A DNA stretch of 64,000 nucleotides from Tubulanus polymorphus (lineage: Eukaryota > Animalia > Nemertea), in assembly GCF_964204645.1 (NCBI RefSeq), contig NC_134027.1, positions 17,880,560 through 17,944,559 of the forward strand, in the 5' to 3' direction. Under the pieces are notes generated by a model. The model was not told the origin of the DNA. It searched no databases and worked only from the letters and a program-made list of their open reading frames with translations. Position 1 is the stretch's first letter. Each line of letters begins with the position of its first letter. This document shows positions 24,921 through 38,355 of the stretch, piece after piece. The translations under genes and the position numbers were made by a program.

Positions 24921-25520
24921 TTTTGAAAACAAACGGTGCTTTCGACCAGATTACGACCGATTTTTACAAACGAGGATATTTTGGAAAGATTGGACCCTGA
25001 ACTTACCTCTGAATATCGTTATTTCCGTTTTAATTGATAATCCTGTTCACAGGGAATATAAAACTGGGCCGAGATTGAAAAACGGCTCCTCTCATTACCG
25101 CGGTTGCCGCATGGTGTCGCAGCTGATGAGTATCGCACTCAATGCTCTAACGCGATGCTTTCTAATCACATTTTTGCGCATTTTAAGAAAAACTACAACG
25201 CACAACAAATATTCTTACATTAATTACATAAATGTAAGATGTTTTGTCTAATTTGCGATGTGTTTCCGCGTCAAAAGGTTTTTATTTGAATTCTCAATTT
25301 TCGTATTAAGCGCGGAGCTATGATTAATGATCGCCGTGTCGCAATTTTGAAACCAGTTTTCGATCTCAGTCAAATTTTGCGTTTGCTACAGACAGGATTA
25401 TCATCATAATCAGAAATAACGATATGCAGAGGTAAGATCAGTCTTAAGCTTTCTAAAAAGCCCTCGTTTGTAAAAATCGGTTCAGAATTTCTGGTCGAAA
25501 GCACCGTTTGTTTTAAGAAT
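24921..25520. mobile_element. Segment with long imperfect inverted repeats (MITE/foldback-like)
   Basis: aaaacaaacggtgctttcgaccaga...accgatttttacaaacgagg is mirrored at 25460-25515. Confidence 0.6.
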
Positions 25521-25532
25521 TTGTACGATGCC

Positions 25533-25807
25533 TACACCAATTCTTGATGCATTGATATTTGGTTTATACATGTATCTACCCTAGACACAGCCCAAAAACT
25601 GGCCCTGTCAGATTCAAGATGGCCGACTGGCAGCCATTGTTGTTCGCCAAAATCAGCACTTCTTACACATTTACGAAAAGGCCTGAATTTCAAGGTTGTT
25701 CGGCTTTTGTATATGGTCACTAGGGGGCGTTATGTATTGAAATTGTTAGATTGTTGAGCATTTGAAACCACTTCCCAAGTGGGCATGGTGTCCCTGGACC
25801 CCTAGTT
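25533..25807 (+). mobile_element. HINE family 1, internally deleted 3' fragment
   Basis: Ends ccaagtgggcatggtgtccctggacccctagttt. Confidence 0.8.
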
Positions 25808-26126
25808 TCACGTTATGTGATCTTTGGGGCAGCTAAAATGGGCTTGTCTTTTCATGTATGTATAGGCCTAAATCAACAGAAAGTGAACATTATCGCCACA
25901 TAGCCTATACCATCTTAACTATTTTAAAACTTGTTACATGTACATCGTTACGATGTCAATCTGTTTGTAAAACTTTGAATACTGAATCATTCTTATTCTA
26001 CTGCGTCATGAAGGTATAAGGCCTGTGGGCCTCTTGTTTTATCTTAACATCTTTCTTGGCTCCCTAACTTAATTCATCGAGATTTTGGAAATAGCTATAT
26101 TGCAAGGTTAAAGATCATTTTGTCCA

Positions 26127-26522
26127 TTTTTAGCCCACTTGGGACTTTAGTCCCAGCGGGCTATTGCGTTCACTTTTCGTCCGTCGTTCTTCCGGGAAGT
26201 TTTGAAGACGCTTCAATGTAATGTCTTGATATTTGGATTACACATGTATCTACCCTAGACACAACTGGCCCTGTCAAAATCAAGATGGCCGACTGGCAGC
26301 CATTGTTGTTTGCCAAAATCAGCACTTTTTATACGTTTTTTAACTTTTTGAGGGAAATTTTGAAGACACTTTGATCAATTACCTTGATCTTTCGTATATA
26401 TTTGAATCCCCCAGGGCCCATAAGCATAACAAAAATTGGGTCGATCGGACTCAAGATGGCCGTCTGGTGACCTTTCTAGTGCCCAAAAATGTCAATTTTG
26501 GCCCAAATTCTGAGTCCTGTAG
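26127..26522 (+). mobile_element. HINE family 1, 5' fragment
   Basis: Starts tttttagcccacttgggactttagtcccagcgggct; similarity is lost at 26523 (cagggtctt...). Confidence 0.8.
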
Positions 26523-26933
26523 CAGGGTCTTAGTCAGCACGGTCCTTACCGTCATTTACGACGGGGAGAAGATGAAAAACTGAAATTGACGGGACGGGGA
26601 AAGTTTGGTCAAGACGGGTCAGAATATGAAGATTTTTTCAAAAATGACAGGCTGTATAAACATAGCAGGCGTTTTGTTTATTATGCATGTATATCCATCT
26701 GACCCTTTACAATAAATAAATGATAATCCCTTGTGGAGTCCGATGTATGTCATGATACTGTAGCCTGCAAACTTAAAAATAGCTTCTGCACCTATGTTAT
26801 GGAAGTACTGCAAAGAGCAGTTATGTATATCAGTGCTGAGACGAGTGTCTAGTGACATTGCTCAACCTCCGAAAGTCCTAGTAAATGATAAATAAATTTA
26901 TACATACTTAGATCTCAGTTAAATTAAGCTTCG

Positions 26934-28040
26934 TTTTTTAGCCCACTTGGGACTTTAGTCTCAGCGGGCTATTGCGTTCACTTTTCGTCTGTCGTCCGTT
27001 CGTAGACGGAATCCGGTTATTTTGGGAAGTTTTGAAGATGCATCAAGGTTATGTCTTGATATTTGGTTCATACATGTATCTACCCTAGACACATCTTCAG
27101 CCCAAAAACTGGCCCTGTCAGATTCAAGATGGCCGACTGGCAGCCATTGTTGTTCGCCAAAATCAGCACTTATTACACATTTTCAAAGTTTTCGAGGGTA
27201 ATTTTGAAGACGCTCTGATCAATTACCTTGATCTTTGGTTTATATTTGAATCTACCAAGGGCCCATCAGCATAAGAGAAATCGGGTCGACCTGACTCTAT
27301 ATCAGTCCTGTGACCTATTTAGTGACCAAAAATGTCAATTTTGGCCTGAATTCTGTGTCCTGTAGCTTCCTACTGGTTTACTATTTCTCATTGCAATTTG
27401 TGATGGGTATTCTTTGGAAAGGGATGTTTTATACCTGAGACAGATATTTTTGATCAGCCAATTATGGCGCAATTGGTGGCCAACTTGGTGTCATCAGTAC
27501 TGATTCGAAAGTGGGAAAGAGTTTTTCACATCATATTCATACCTAAGCATATTTTAATACCGCAATCAATTGGAAAGTTGTAGCTCATAACGTGTTCTAT
27601 GTCATTGGTTTTTGTATATGGCCACCAGGGGGCGTTGAATAATACAGAACTTAGTATTTCTATATTTTATTTATACCTATGCATATTTTGTGACCACAAT
27701 CAATTGCAAAGTTGTAGCTCATTACATCGTCTATGATTATGGTCAGTTTTAAGGACATAAGGTATTCTATATGGTCACTAGGGGGCGTTGAATAGTAGAA
27801 TAACTTCAAGTTATAACTAGATTAATAACTAGTATTTCCATATTAAATTGGCAACGAGGCATATTTTGTTATCACAATCAATTACAAAATTGTAGCTGCT
27901 GACATGTGCTATGATTGTGGTGAGGTTCAAGGTCATTGCTTTTTGTATATGGTCACCAGGGGACATTGAATGTTGAAATATTTAGATTGTTGAGCATTTA
28001 ACACCACTTCCCAAGTGGGCATGGTGTCCCTGGACCCTAG
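26934..28040 (+). mobile_element. HINE family 1, near full-length copy
   Basis: Both ends present (tagcccacttggga... / ...ccaagtgggcatggtgtccctggaccctag), with internal 154-bp-type units. Confidence 0.85.
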
Positions 28041-28776
28041 AATAAGCGACAAATCATCAAGAATCGGAAGGTTTAGGATCTTACAATTCAGATAGGCCCT
28101 GAAGACCGCATGATTTTATTTCGTGTCGGGGTTGAGTGATAATTCGATGTCTAAGTTTTGCCTTGAATCAATATTTAACAATTATTCATCAGTTGATCAG
28201 TTGCGATTCATAATTATCACTATACATGTATTTCTAAATATTAGAACAGATTTCTAAATATTAGAACAGATTTGGCGAAATGATTGGTAAATTTTTTTGC
28301 GCGCGCGGACTGCCACTACGCTCTCGTCAGTTAAGCGGCTGTTGAAAGAGGGAGGTGTCTAATGGGATAAATAGAGGCTTGTGATGGGCGAAGCTCCCGA
28401 GGGGACTTTCCAAAAGCTGCAAAATTTAATTATATATAAAATGTTGTTGAAATCAAGCTCAAAACAAAACGAATAGATTGTTATTAGGGTTTTCTGACTT
28501 TCGTGGAAAACCCTCTTGTAATTCTGTTGATTATTATTATTATTTTATATTTTCCGCCTATTTTCGTCAAATAAAATTCATCTTCATTCAGATTCGGCAA
28601 CTGACAGCTTTTAAACGAAATGTATAAATTGATACTGTAATAACGGTCTCTCTGAACAAGCAGATTGTCTAAATGTACTGTCTATCCTAGTTGAAACTTA
28701 AAATTACTTCCGAGGTAACTGTCAATAAAAAGTCTTGAATGGAACCTGAATGCACATGTACCGATAATTCGTCCAA

Positions 28777-30675
28777 AAGAGGAATGCTCCGAGCTTGAAC
28801 CATAAATTTTATCTTCAGTTTGCCCGTATATCGCATAGCTGATCCGGCGCATGGTCTCCTTGGCCAAAACTGGATCCTCAGCCATTGAATGCTTGGTATA
28901 GGTGTATCTTCTGGACACTTCTTTGTCACTTCACGGTGCAGATCTGGTACACTTAAAGCAGTTGCCAAGTGTGTTATTGTATCACCACCATCTCCAGTGA
29001 CATCATCATGCCTACGATCATCCACCGCAGTTTCAACAACACTGTTGATGTACTTTTGGCACTCTTCTAAAAACACACCATAGCTTTCAGGGCGGCCGTT
29101 GTTTTGACCCCGCAAATCCCAGATGAGATCTGGATCTTCCTCATCCAGAATACCCTGGATGCGTTTATTGACTGCAGCCTGGCTGCTTGAGTCAGCAGAT
29201 GAGTCGTCTCCAGTTAGCCTGTGGTATGCTTCTCGAAGAAATGCTGCCTTACAGCTCATTGCTAAGCCAAAAGACTGGATAAACTCTTTCCTCATTGCCC
29301 TGGTGTGGTAAGTTGGAAAATGTTTGGTTAAATCCTTGGAAATTGTTGTAGCAGTATTGAGAATGGTAGCAGTGTCACTAAATTCTGAATCTTTCCATAT
29401 GAAGTGAAGATGGGTTGGGCCACTGCCTGAATGTGTATAGAGTACTGCTTTGCACGGAACTGTCATGCCAATAATGTAGTCATGGCGGCGGCGGCGATCA
29501 GTGGGACCGTATTCATTCAGACAAATCGGACTGTTCTCAGACTACAGAAGTAACTGGTCATGAACTGGTTTGTACCTAGCAGCAAGTGTCAGCTTAATAC
29601 ACGTAGACCTCTTGAGTATGATGTAGTTTTCATTTTCCTTCACTGGTGTGAACATGCTTTGATGTTCTTTCACCTGAAAGTAGAATGAGACAAGTGAACC
29701 TGGTGAATTTGTACAACACCAGTACGGCCTACCACCTATGATGTGACAATCTGATTACTCTCTGTACTCTCTGAAAATGTGGAAAAAATCCCAAAGCCTA
29801 CTCACTCTTTTTGTCTGTTGCAGTTGATAGTCACTGTATTTCCGTAGGCATTCAGCAAACGAGAGTATCACCGCATACACAAACTTCCAACGGTCCTTTT
29901 TAAGATAGGAACACATAGCCATGTTGAAAAAATTGTCACTGTGAGCTTTCACATCTTCTTGTCGGAGGAACGATTCATCTATTTTCCTTTTCTTGTTCAA
30001 TTCTGGTTGCCTGTAGTTTTGATTGAACTTTTTTGAATTTTTGTAATTCTGGTTGAACTGCGCAAATGAAACTGGTATTGAGCAACCACGCTGCTTCAAA
30101 GTCTCATGGTTCCTGTCTACGTATCACAGACTTTCCGCCAATGTGTTCACAAAGTACAGTCCCTGGGAAACTACTGTATCTGCACTCCATCCCGAGTTTT
30201 TGGTGGATAGCCACTTGAGGATATCATTCTTCAACTTGTTTTTCTGTGGTTTCTCACTGAGTGGGAATAGAGGTGGCAAGAACGTATTTGCAGCATCAGC
30301 ACGTGCAGAATTCATGAGAACACTAAAGACTGTTTGACTCTGATTCGGCAAAATACGATCTTCTCCCTTCATATCAGCAGCCAAAATGAATTTTACAAAC
30401 GAACCAAGCGTTTTAACTAAGTCCACGATCATACACGAGGGCGAAATTTTTGTCATGTCAGAGAGGCTTCTGCTTGGACGGACGTATGCTTTCACAAATG
30501 AGTACGACGTACCGTTTTCGTCGTTCGATAGCGGTTCGGAACCGTCATGTTTCCTGGCGCTGAACTCCGCATAGAAGTCTGCAATGCTTGCATCGGCCTC
30601 TTCGTTGCAAGCCAACCATTCTCTCAGAAGACTCGAAGACCCGTCACGAGCGATTGAAGCTATCACAAGCGGCAT
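28777..30675 (-). pseudogene. Zator-like transposase, N-terminal part, truncated before the catalytic domain
   Basis: Motifs PTYHTRAMRKEF, AYHRLTGD, DPDLIWDLR, AVDDRRH, IPSIQWLRIQFWP, KFMVQAR. In-frame stop at 30124 and a probable intron at about 29674-29804. Confidence 0.7.
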
Positions 30676-32043
30676 TGTTCAATTTGCACAACAGGCACGC
30701 GACTGGAAGTGTGGCGCCGCAAGCAATACAAATACAATTCAATTCATAGAACTTTATTAACTTAGATTTTAAAATCGATCTAAATACGCTCCACAACCGG
30801 AAATCCACGCTGTGTACGCTCCATAACCGAATATTGACTTCAATTTGTTATTCAGTGAACGCACTTCGTCGATCGATAAATAAAAAAAGACAAACAATCA
30901 TCAGCCTGCCTCGGTGACACCAATGCCGGTATTGTTCTGCGATATTTTGTTGTGTGCATTTTCCGATTGATCTATCTATTATGCATCGGAGGATTTTGTG
31001 TTCAAAATCGTTCTGTTTTTGTTTTCCTTATTCAGCAATAGGGCCTAACAGTTGATACAAGAAAAACCACAGTCAGTCGAGATTACCCTAATAGTTGTAG
31101 GCTTAATTCGTTGATACGAATCTTGTAGGCGAAGGTGCTGAAATTGTTCTATTAAATGGGTTTTTGTATCCAAATCTTGACTGATATAAATATCTTTGCT
31201 TGGACATGATGGAAACATCAGAATAAACTAGTTTCGTCATTAACAGAATCGCAATAATGAGTTTTAACGATACAAATAACGTGGCTAAATCGATAAGCAG
31301 AAAAATGAAATTCATTTTCAGCATAATGAAAATCGTACATTTACCCTTAACTTGCCGTAGGCGACTGTAGTCGACACACTAGGGAACTGCTTTAGGCGAC
31401 TGTAGTCGACAGCCCGACCTATTTCGCGTTTAAAGTCACAAGCGCCTCGCAGCGCGTTGAGACGTAGTTCTTGATGCACAGCACTGCCGATACTCGAGAA
31501 TCCGAACCTGGAAGTAATTTCTCATTTTGATATTTAGAAGAATTTTGACCTCAAAAACGGCCCGTAAATTCGATATTGTGGGATTTTAAGGAAGATTCAA
31601 ACATTTAGACTGTAATAAGAAGCATAATAAAGGTTTTAACGATGAATATAGTAATCTGCAGAGTATTTATGAATATCGTCAATGTAACAATGTGACTATA
31701 AACTACAACTTTTTGAAATTTCAATGCCCTATATACAATAGTTTGGAAGTTATGAGGATTTGAAATTTCATTAACACGCAAATCACCTGGCACGCACAGG
31801 ACTTAACATTAAAGCTGCCAGCAGGTTAAGGGTTAACACCTTAGTCTGTGGTCCTCCCAATCAACATTGTCATAGAACATTTGCCGGCAGATGTAAAACA
31901 TTAAACACTTAATACCTTACCAGAGTATAATCTACCAATGCTTCAAGGCCCATGGGCCTCATGTTATGAACTTTTTGCGGCCTGCTCTTGGCAGATGCAC
32001 TGCATAGTGTCTCTGGTCCCCTTGTTCATTTCTAGGTAGTTAA

Positions 32044-32238
<195 letters not shown>

Positions 32239-32279
32239 TGATTTTACGATTCCGTTAACAAACTATTGGTTAACTGTAG

Positions 32280-32360
32280 GCTGGTGTGACACATATAGTA
32301 CTAGCTGTTAGTTACAGAGCTGAAATGTTGGAGCAAGAAATCAAAACACAGGGAGAAAAG
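32280..32360 (+). CDS. GMPPB: GMPPB coding exon 2
   Basis: AGVTHIVLAVSYRAEMLEQEIKTQGEK; 81 nt; AG/GT borders. Confidence 0.97.
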
Positions 32361-33336
32361 GTAGGCATAAAGAATGAGTTGATCTACAATCTCATTTTTA
32401 GTCAACTCGGGACTTTAATCCCAGTGGGCTATTGCGTTCGCTTTTCGTTTTCAGTCCATCCATTCATGCATTCGTTCCATCCATTCATGCATTCGTTCTT
32501 ACGCCTCAACACTTGGAGGATGACATACTAGAACATCTATAGGCTACATTTGTGGGTTGAATTCAGGTAAACTGAATTCAACCCACAAAAATTGAAAAAT
32601 TGATGTCAGGTAAACTTTATTGTAGAAGGACATCGCATGTCCATGGACTAATTTCATCCATGGCACAGAGGTAGTGACATCTATTGCCATCTGATGCATT
32701 AAATTCAATAGTAACCAATCAGAACAACCCATTCATTGCAAAGGAACTGATTGAGTTGAAAGCTAAGCGTTCATTGGCAACTTGTCATGATGTGCCATTC
32801 CTTTGTGAAACCTGTAGTTTTTCAAAATGGTGGAAGTGATAAATGGTAAGGTAGGATCCACCTGAAAAAAATTCGTTCAGAACTGAGTCACTCAGTCCTA
32901 ACTTCAAATTTGATATAAATATATTGTAATTGATAAATATATTGTAATTGTATATTGGCGACAATTTCTTAAGAGTAAATAAAACACAATTTATTCAATA
33001 TTTTTGGGTAATCCATTATTAGTTATGGCCTTATGTCAAGAAATTAAGTCCTAGAACATAAGTGCAGTGGATAGCATAAAAAATGCACTCCAATTGATGA
33101 AACAAGTGTTTTGGGTCGTGTTAATCCTCAGAGTATCTCTGTTACTCTTTTTATGAGGGCATTGGTGCCATGTTACTCCTAAAGGTGATAGTGTTACTCT
33201 TTGAAAAGTAACTCGTTAGGATTTGGTGAATAGCCAGGTTGGTAGGTCTGGCTGCATGGTGCATGACAGCATGAGAAAAATTGGTCGATCAGACACAAGG
33301 TGGCTGTCGTATGACCTTTAAGGTAATTTATGCCCA

Positions 33337-33476
33337 GGGGCTGGTGCATAGTCATGGCTTAGACTTACGACCAGTCTAAGACCGACTTAGTTCTATTGCC
33401 AATCTAACAACTTAAGACCAGTCTTAAGATTTAAGACCACTTTTGGACTTAAGTCACGACTGTTCAACTGGGCCCT
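33337..33476. mobile_element. Small palindromic MITE (PIF/Harbinger-like)
   Basis: ggggctggtgcatagtcatggctta / taagtcacgactgttcaactgggccc, with internal ttaagacc repeats. Confidence 0.5.
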
Positions 33477-34647
33477 GGATTTTGAGACCTGCTGCAGCTT
33501 TGGAATTGTTTGCCATTTTTCCTTTTGATTTTCGATGGTCATACTTTGAGAAAGGCTCTTAGAAATATCACACAGATTCTTTGATCAGTCTAGTGTAACA
33601 AGATCGGCAGTCATCTTAGTGTCATCAGTCCTCATTTGTACGTAGCAAAAGGTTTTTTTTTCTATGAAAAATAGCGATAGGTTTTGACATTTGTATCACT
33701 GTCATAGTATTCATCTCCTCATGTGGAATTGGGGTTACCAAGGTTTTTGGTTTTGAAGAATGAGAACCTAAGTTTTCGTCAAGTTGCTGTTGTAAAGAAA
33801 TGTGACAGGATCGGAAGATTTTTTTAATTTTTAGATTGAGTGATACAATCAATTGCAAGTTGTAGCTAATGACATGTTGTTAGATTGTGTTTGACTCTCA
33901 AGGTCATTAGTTTTTGTATATGGTCACCAGGGGGGTATTGAATAGCTGAATAACTTAATATTTTCATATTTATTGGTACCTAAGCATATTATGCTACAAC
34001 AAACGATGACAAGATTGTAGCTCGTGACATGTTCTATGATTGTGTAGAGATTCCAGGCCATCAGTTGTTAGTTTTTGTATAAGGTCACCCGGGGCCTTAA
34101 ATAGCCGACTAACTAAGTATTTTTATATTATATTGGTACCTTAATATATTTTGTTACCACAAACATTTGCATGTACCTAGTGACATGTTCTATAAGTGGG
34201 ATGTGGTCATTGCTTTTTAAATATGTTCACCAGGGGCATTGAATATTGAAACTTTTAGCTCCGCTGTTACCGAAGCAGAGCTGTCAACCGTCCCGCATTT
34301 TGCAGGACAGTCACGGAATTCCACAGTTTTTCCCACTGTCCCGGGAAGCATTAAAATGCCACATTTTTAAACAATTTGCTTTTGTCACGGAAAATGTCAA
34401 GGGAATGTTGGCTCTTTTTCGCTAGCAGTAGGGGAAAAAGTAATCGATATACGTCGCGAGTGTATACAATAAGGCAAGTGAACACTGTGGCGCTAGCAGT
34501 CAGTACTCTAGACTTGATCTAATCTGGCAAGTGAACACTGGCGCTAGTAGTCGGTTCTCAGGAATGATTTGTTATGGCAAGTGAATACTTTGGAGCTAGC
34601 AGTCAGTACTTAACTTTCCTACACATTCAGTTAGATTTCCTGAATAT

Positions 34648-35291
34648 TATTAACGAAGTTTATGCCGTTAATGGACTGGGGAACTATCGATGGTAGATCC
34701 TTAAAAAGATGAGTTAAATACAAATATAGTTTTGACGTAGAGAGTTGTTTATTTGCTGACGTCCTGAGTCAGAATGTTTGATTTTCCTTCTCAAGATACT
34801 CAGCTGGCCCATCACCAAGGGGCGGGTCAACAAACAAACAACACTCGTTGATTGGTCAAAACTAAGTCCAACTTCTCAAAACAATAGATTGATCTGCTAA
34901 TTGTACATAGTAACCATCTAGGCAGAAACAGATTGAGCATGCTCAACAGGTGCAAACAAAGCTGGTAGACCTGTGAGATACTAACAATTAGTTGAATAAC
35001 ATGATATTACTAATTAATGGTGACTGGAGACAGAACGTCCAGTCTGAAAAGTTAGAAACAAAGGTTTAATTCTCAAACAGGTTGACACTGTCTATACTTG
35101 GTAACGATTATGAATAATGTACCAAACGTGAAATGATGGTCTAAGGTGTGAATAATGAATGACCCTTCTGACATGATAATTGTAGATATTTGAGGAATAA
35201 AATATAACTAATTTTGAAATAATAAAATACTAAATCACATTTTGAGGCCTAATATAATGGTTAATGGAAACCGGCCTTTCCTCAGATAATA
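34648..35291 (-). repeat. Gypsy 3' LTR (644 bp)
   Basis: 34699-35291 matches 43699-44291 with about 6 substitutions; 34648-34698 is unique to this copy. Confidence 0.9.
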
Positions 35292-35689
35292 CTCTCCCAC
35301 ACTCCGGTGAGAATTTACTTTATACTATAAAAGTTAATTTTAGCGAATACTTGAAAAAGTATTCCAGAAAAGAAAAAAGTAAATAGATATGTTACGAACA
35401 TTATGAGTAGATGGCATACATATCAAAATTATATGAGGCGAGATATGAATAGTCATGACGAAAAGATAATACAATAGATTAGATACATTAGGATTAACAT
35501 ACAAACAATGAAATAATAATAGTGAGTAACTGTGTGGACCAGTTATACTTATATACACCAAAATAAAATATGAGCTAATAGTCTTTTAGTCAATACACCT
35601 ATTAGGTACTAGAGTCCAGTGATATCACAAATGCAGTACACATGAAGTTTTTTTTTACTAATCAATGAACGCAACAGGTGGAAGGTGGT

Positions 35690-38245
35690 TTACCTGCGGG
35701 TTTGAGAACTGTGTAAGTGTTACGGTGTACCAATATAAGGTATGCAGAGTAGGGATGATTGACGAGATGATTAATCCGATGGGCTTGAAATATAGATTGG
35801 GATTGAGAGATTGGGATACTAGAGGGTACAGGTATAGTAGATCCTGTAATCAGGTTTGTGACAGTACAACTTTCAATCTTGAAATGAAGCCTGGGACTTA
35901 TGAATCCAGATAGTGAAAAGTTATATATATATTAGAAGGGTAAGAGAACTCCCAAGGGTAAGAGAACTCCCAATGAGCTGGACACAAAGGTAAATGAAGA
36001 AGGGTAATACGTTCGCAACACGGGCCAATAGACAGTTCTAAAGCAAGCTTTGTATCGCAACGCTGCCGTGACTTAAAAAAACGACCAATGCAAATACCTA
36101 ATTGGAGTATAAGACCGAAGATTCCTGTGATTAAAATAACCAAAACGATTGTATTGAGTGAATCAAGTTGCGCTATGAGTGGTGACTCAGTGGGTGTAAG
36201 GTGATACTTGAGAATTGTAGGGGGACTGATAGCGGTTGCAGTGTGGGCCTGGGTGATGAATACAGCTGCATACAAAATCTTAACTTTGCGCATCAACCAG
36301 AGTGACATGATGCAAAGAAGAGCAGAGAAACCTAAGCTGATATAAACTAAAATGGACGTAGGTCCCACCCAGTTCGTAGGTAAAACGACTAAGCCATCAG
36401 CTATGGATTCAGCAAGATTTTGATAAATTTTTCCCCCTCTTCTAACGGTATCTGCAACTGCTTGAAGATCCAAATTGTTCTTATCTTGCTGGGCTAGAAA
36501 TTTTGAAAATGAATGATTGAACATAGAGAACGACGGAACCCGTGCTTGAATATTATATTGCTGATTGCCTAAGTAGTGGCGAGTCTCCTCTTCCGAAAAG
36601 AACGCTTGGATGACCGCAAGGTTAATAGGCTGTATAACTTGTTCGCCCTTCTTATCAGCGCGACAGCGTGACGCTCGTGAGGTAAGAGTGTAGTGGATGG
36701 AAGACAACCTACAGTGACACAGAATCGTAACTAAGCATAGAGTACAGCCCACCCGGACTGATGGTGCATGGGGAGAGTTAGCACAACTCAAAACTAACTG
36801 AGGAGTGTTGTAAACGACTGCTGTTGCAGGAGCTATTTCATTTGCCATGGGAGGTAACTGGTCACGTTTTATAACGAACTTACAATGTTTCTTAATATTA
36901 ACTGTCATGTCTTGGAACAAGGCAAGTTCACATGATTGAAATGATGCTTCATATAACGGGATATTTTCATGACAATATTTTACATGCCGACCAGTACACC
37001 GTGTAACTTGTTCGGATGACATTAGTGTATATAGAGAATTTTTTGATGATATAGCGATGTAAGGTTTGAGGTTAGGCAAATGTGTAGAGTGAGTCGCCGA
37101 ACTATTTATCGGACATGGTAGGTTGACTATCTTATATAGAGGAAGCTTACCATCTACAGGAGCCATAGGAAACTTAAGCGATAGAAAAATTGTGGATTCA
37201 TTACGAGTTATTATGAATTTAGCGTGCCTATACATTTCAGCAGATGCCGTTACAGCCAAATCAAAATCAGGGTAGTTTAGTTTAAGAAGACCCCTAATCT
37301 GATCAATTGTCGATTGTAACACTTCAGGAGAGATAATAGTCGGAGATAAGACATTATTTGCTAGTTCCTTTACACCGTCACGTAGCGATTGGATTTGACG
37401 ACGAGCTGCAGAGTTCTTGCGTATCACTGACATAAGGAGAGTCGATGTTTTCGTGAACGTCCTTGTAGAGTTTAGATACACGAGAGTATAGCGAGTTTAT
37501 GGCTTCGTGGTCTGACGTTAATTCTTTTACCACGTTATTAAACCGAGAGTTAACTTTCGTCATAAATGATGCCATCACACCAGCGTCGTGTGAAAGCTGA
37601 GTGGCGATTGATTGCCGGCCTTTCTCTAGCGCCTTTATGTGTTTGGCGAGGAGATATATATCATCCATAGTCGCTGTGTTGAAGAGCGTTTTCGATAGAG
37701 ATCCAATGAACGGTAGCAGGCCTGACCGTTTGGATCGAGTATTCGATTTCCCTATCTTCGGAACGATCGACGGGATGAAGCTTGTGGTTTCATTTATAGC
37801 CTCTGAAGCTTCGAGTCGTAGATTGTTGACCTGGTCGATGAGTGGCGCTAAAGATACACAGTGATCCTTACTCGGCGGGCAGTGGTCGAGTGTATTCGGA
37901 TTCACCTTATCTGGGATCGCGATAGCATATGTGTGGATCCATGGTTCTGTGGCCAAGTATACAGTAGCCTTCTTTTGAAAGACCACGCCGTAGTTAATTC
38001 TTTGAAAATAAGTCCCATTGGCTGGAACGATCAATATCATGGCGACTGTGATGACTGCTCGCAAATACCATCCCCAGGAAACTCCAAAGCCAAAAGATAG
38101 AAAATAAAAAAAATAAGGTAAAAAAAAATGAAGTAACTACACAGCTGTCACATGTAAACCCGGAGAGCACATAATATTCAACAGTTTGACTGCCTACTAG
38201 AGGTGGGATGCACATTCCAGTAAGTATAGCAAGAAAAAAAAACAT
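35690..38245 (-). pseudogene. env: class I fusion glycoprotein (baculovirus F / errantivirus-like layout), frameshifted
   Basis: Hydrophobic leader, QRINYGVVF, furin site RSKR followed by a fusion-peptide-like SGLLPFIGSLSKTLF, heptad repeat, Cys-rich region and two TM-like segments. Split over ORFs 37994-38248, 37378-38064 and 35898-37481. Confidence 0.85.
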
Positions 38246-38355
38246 CAACTGAAGCTAATAATTTTGTAATTCTAGAGAAAGACGCGTAATAAGAGGTTGG
38301 GTAGGTTTTACTGGCGGTCAGTTGTCACAGCATGTCATTTTAAACAAAAAGTTTC

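Noticed and set aside
35836-35850. ttacag|gatctac as a splice acceptor regenerating the 3' LTR segment B
   Set aside because: Only 7 nt match B, and the site lies within the env C-terminal reading frame.
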